Shown here one piece after another: positions 59,561 to 64,000 of a stretch of 64,000 bases of DNA. The DNA lies in contig CM119372.1 in the NCBI GenBank assembly GCA_051294905.1, positions 27,902,001 through 27,966,000 of the forward strand, written 5' to 3'. The stretch is from Botryllus schlosseri (lineage: Eukaryota). The notes beneath the pieces were generated by a model that ran no database searches, was not told the DNA's origin, and was given only the letters and a program-made list of their open reading frames with translations. How positions within the stretch are numbered: position 1 is the stretch's first letter; every line of letters begins with the position of its first letter. Made by a program: the position numbers and the translations under genes.

Positions 59561-61871
59561 GTAGATACGCAACTCCTGGCGGCTACGCATGGGAAAACAG
59601 CGTCTCTTCATGCTGAGTAGTTCTACATCTGCCGACCTGAGCGCTGAAATTTAATATAATTGGCAATGATCGAAAGATAGTTGCCACAGTGATTTCGAAA
59701 ATACAAAATAAAATCTCGCCCGGACAATGGAACCATGCACCCCGAAACTGCCCTCAAAGTTTGAAAACCGGCATTGCTCCAACAATGGCACCGCCGCAAC
59801 ACAATGAACATAACAATGACCAATTTCGTCCAGCGATTGTTCTGATCAATGCCGAGTTTCAGACTTTGGGGGCTGTTTTGAGGTCGTTCCATTGTCTTGA
59901 GAAGAATTTAATTCGTATTTTCGGAATCAGTGTGACACTAGCTTTCGTTTTAGACCAGATTACTTACATTTCAGACCCCGGGTTGGTCCTCGGATTATTT
60001 TCTTAATGTCTCTACTTACAGTGGCTGGCAAACCCGGTTCAAGTCGTGTTGTGTCGGGTCAAGTCGCATGTCGTGTACACGTGTATCAAGTCGCATGTCG
60101 TGTTCGAGTAGCCTACTCCAACACAGTTTAGAGAAGAAGTCAAGCGCATTTTCACGGTACATCGCATCACGTATTTACGGACGCATCGAGCAAGGCACGC
60201 TTAGGCTATATAGTGAGCGGTTATGCCTGCAAACCTGGTCAGTGGTCACGTATAGCGATCATTGCGCAAAGCGATCTGCTTTATCGAAATGCACTGCACG
60301 TTTTGTCCCACTTAGAGATGACTATTACGTATTATGAACTAGAAATATGGTAAGTGACTTTGGCCCCAGACGAGTGTAATATAGCTAAGAAGAATGTATT
60401 GAAATAATGGTTCAATTCAACACCTTTAGCGCTTAGATTTAGCGCTATTTTTTAGCGCTTTTTTCTCAATATTTAGCGACATCTATCAATTTTTGACACC
60501 AGTTTTAGCGATTTTCTTACATCCGGAGTTGGCAACACTGCTCATAATACACATACACACGATCTGAGCATATGCATACCATGAGTGCATGATGTGCATA
60601 TGCCGCTGGACAATGAAGGTGCAGATATAGCCTTTTATGGCTTTCTAAGTCTTGCACCACCTCCCCATGCTATACCATTAATGCATGAGCGACAAGCGGA
60701 GAAGTCATGGATACCAGTTTTACTAATCTGGTGTTTGGTCTGACCCAAAGTCACTCAACTATCACTTCTGTCATAGTTGAGTGACTTTGGTCTGACCCGG
60801 CCGGGGATCGAACCCACGACCTACCGATCAAGAAGCCGGACGCTTCACAATTACGCTATCTTGTCTTGATTTATCCGCTAGTCGTACTTCTTGTTATTGT
60901 ATCCAATTAATATGGTTATTTACATCAGGCCGATATTCCTTTTTGTGATTCCTAAGCTGCCGACTTATAACACGGACTACTTGTCATTTTAGGCTTTTGT
61001 GGGACACCGGTCACGCGGATCATTTGTGGCGATAGGAGCCTAGATAAACCCCCAACACTTAGGAGCATGGCATGGTATGGAATGGGAAATTTCCATACTC
61101 CATACCCGCCCCAATCGCTCCATACCATACTTCAGTTTTCCATACCATAGCAACAATCTTCCATTCCATATTTGATACTTTTTCCATACTTTCGCAACTT
61201 GCCCTACCTCTCCAGCGATATTCTATTTTTGTTGAGTGGAAAGCTCCGGCGGTAATATTCTGATTATTTTTGATGAAATTATTTGAACATATATATATAT
61301 CGTCTTTCAATTAAATAAAAGGGCAAAAGAAAACAGGAAACAAACGAACATCAAGATAATCTATTTGAACAGCCCTGATGCACCAATGATACAATGATAC
61401 CGAATAATGCATACGTCAGAGAAATCTCGATCCTGGTCTGGTGTTGACGAACTTATGCGTATGGTAGATATAAGCCGGCATAAGCTACACTTTCGCATGT
61501 TATACTATCAATCGAAAATAAATAAATATGTCATTTCATCTGTAACGATGAGTCCGGCTATGCTATCATGTAGCGAGTCCACGATCACCCGTGAATGCAT
61601 TAGAATATATCTTGGCATAAAATTTTACATCGCTACAATCATTTTGCGACAGCGGATCAAATGTCTAATTTCCTCGCCAATCTGTGGGTGAAACACTCAT
61701 TAGCCTCATTAGCCAACAGTAGGGTATCCATTATTCTTTTATCATATAACCAGATTTCATGAAGTTACAATATGCGTGTTGAGTCCGGCATATCGTAACG
61801 TCGCTCCAAGATAATTAAGCTACATAATTTTGAATTACAATGATGGTTATGCCAAGTAGATATTCTATTGC

Positions 61872-62480
61872 GTGATGATGATCATCATTGGTTTATTAGC
61901 GATTTTTATCAGTACACCACAAAAATGCGATACAATGAAAACAAAGGAGGTGTCGTGTCGAAGCGCCTTGGAATAGTCTATGGAATAAGACACCCACCTT
62001 GGTCTACTAGGCGATGTAAAGAAGGCATGCACACTGAATGAAAAGTAAAAGAAGATAGTATAAAAAAAAAGCAAGCGACAAAAAATGGGATGACATGTCG
62101 TGGAAGGCGAGATCGATAGATCAGGTCGTGGTCCGGTAATTTTGAGGATGGACTAGTATTTATTTAGTAGTATTAGTTGCTTGTATTTCGACTTGAATGT
62201 GGACATGCTCGTTGACTGTCGGATGGCCGGCAGAATACTGTTCCACACATCAGGTCCGGCATATTTGATGGAGCGATGATCTTTTCGGTCGGTCATATGA
62301 TATTTGGACGACGTGGACGCTCGTGTGTTGTACTTGTGCGCTTTTGATTCCGAGGTAAAGAAGTCCTTGAAATATTCGGGGCAATGACCTCAGTGGAACT
62401 GATACATAAACTCGTCGATTTCTAGTTTCCGCATATCTGCTATGTTTAGGACACCGAATCTCTTCAGCAGCGACTTGTTG
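61872..62480 (-). mobile_element. CR1/L2-like LINE 3' end, diverged copy
   Basis: Inverted homologue of 28305-28850; (ATG)n-like tail; a short 3' piece also lies at ~52405-52520. Confidence 0.7.
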
Positions 62481-64000
62481 GATGGACAACCAGGCCCCTT
62501 TGGGGCCCTACGATACGGAGTACGATATATGTTGTAGTTTTTGCAGTGGCACTTCATCAGCCCCCCCCCCCCCCCCCCTCCAAAAAAAACGTTGGTCTTG
62601 GGCCGCCCATATGATGATAAACCGGACTTGTGGAGGCCTCGGCCTCCCAGACTCCCCTCAGGCTGTTCGCCGTTTACCGCTACTTATCTTCTACATTGGG
62701 GCCTTTTACTGAGTCAGCATTTCTCTTCTAAACGCGCGAAGCGCGGAAAATTTCTATGCGAAATGATTGAATCGGTCAATATGATCGAGAATTACAATGT
62801 AATTGCTAATTACAATAATTACAGTAATTACAATATTTGCTATCAATTTTTATTCTCTCTCCGCTCACGTAATCAGATTTACAGGTAGAGCTGAGTGAGG
62901 TGTGTTTGAAAACTAAATTAAAAATCCGGCGTATGCCCGTTGGCAGGAACGAAACAGCACTTCGTCAGCCCCCCCCCCCAAAAAAAAACTTTGGGTCTTG
63001 GGTTCCCATAGGGTTATAAAGCTACCCCAATCACGTTGTTCGCTTTTGCCACGAAATTAGTCGTACTGCATAGTGAGTCAGCGCTAAGCGCGAAAATTTT
63101 CGATAATTCATAATAAAATCGCGGTCAATAAGATCGGGAATTGCATATATATTATATATTGCTATCAATTTCTTGTCCTCTCTGCTCACGTAATCAGATT
63201 TACCGGTAGACCTGAGTGAGGTGTCTTGGAAACTGTGGGGCCCGTTGGTATGACTCCGTAACATGATGTTATTTCGTGACCTCCTGTCTGCTATATATCA
63301 AAAAATATAGAATCGCCCAAACGTAGGCTACTAAACTAAAATACGGATACGATTTCAAATTGCTATTTCTTCACTGCATGCAGGGCCGTAGCTGCCGCAC
63401 CCCAAACCCCCCAATTGGGGCGGGGGGGCCGAGCTCGAAGGGGGCCCAAAATTATTTCGTGAATTAGCATAAATTATAGAGTATTTTTTGAAAATTTATG
63501 CAACTTTTTTGAAAATTTTTCGCGCCGTGCGCGATTTCACGTCGCCAAATATCTTTATTATTGGGTCCTCTTCCCCCAAGAAAAAATACCCAAGATTTAT
63601 AGAAATAGGCATATCATCAGCGTTGGTCATTACCGCGCCACGACGCACCAAGACATATAAAGTTTTAGGCCATGTAACATGCGATTCCAAGAAGTGTGCC
63701 AGAATTATCGGCAGCGAGAAAACCTTGGCCGTAAAGGACTGCCCTAATGCTGAGCGAAAATTTCGTTATATATACAAAATACATATGGGTTTAAATGTCC
63801 ATATGGGCGCCTAAATGACTGTCGCCGAATGTTCCTGTATTGGCAATCTGAACCTCTCAAGATAAATACCATATCCCGCAGGATAAAATTATATGCTAGT
63901 GAAGAAATGCCAATCCGAAATCGTGTGATCTTTCAATTTAGTACGTTTGGACGATTCTATTTTTTTTTTATAGCAGATATAGGAGATCACGAAATAACAT

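Larger units (their letters stand above)
57934..60540. mobile_element. hAT-like element (TTTAGCG-rich ends) with a nested SINE and MITEs
   Basis: TIR CAGTGTTGCCAA; TSD CTCATAAT. Confidence 0.88.

Noticed and set aside
60541..64000. A gene upstream of or divergent from PIF1
   Set aside because: Only SINE, LINE and MITE fragments and short local duplications are recognisable; there are no credible exons.

Overview
Repeat-rich animal genomic DNA, about 39% GC by eye, probably from a marine invertebrate; the organism cannot be determined from the sequence alone. I reconstructed two spliced protein-coding genes by hand, both on the minus strand, with GT-AG introns and consistent phases. (1) A complete 14-exon PIF1 5'-3' DNA helicase gene (57356 to 31102, 648 aa). 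(2) The first 11 exons (20087 to 1332, 471 aa, running off the left edge) of a gene joining a degenerate kinesin motor domain to a CCDC78/DUF4472-like coiled coil; its P-loop is intact but switch I and switch II are replaced. Most of the remaining sequence is transposon-derived: many hAT-type MITEs with 8-bp TSDs (nested up to five deep), a CACTA foldback, a Kolobok-like hairpin, tRNA-derived SINEs, CR1/L2-like LINE 3' ends, and Penelope-like fragments. The Penelope repeats reconstruct to a minimal type I hammerhead ribozyme. Most short ORFs in the supplied track are spurious or are exon or transposon fragments. All alignments were done by eye.
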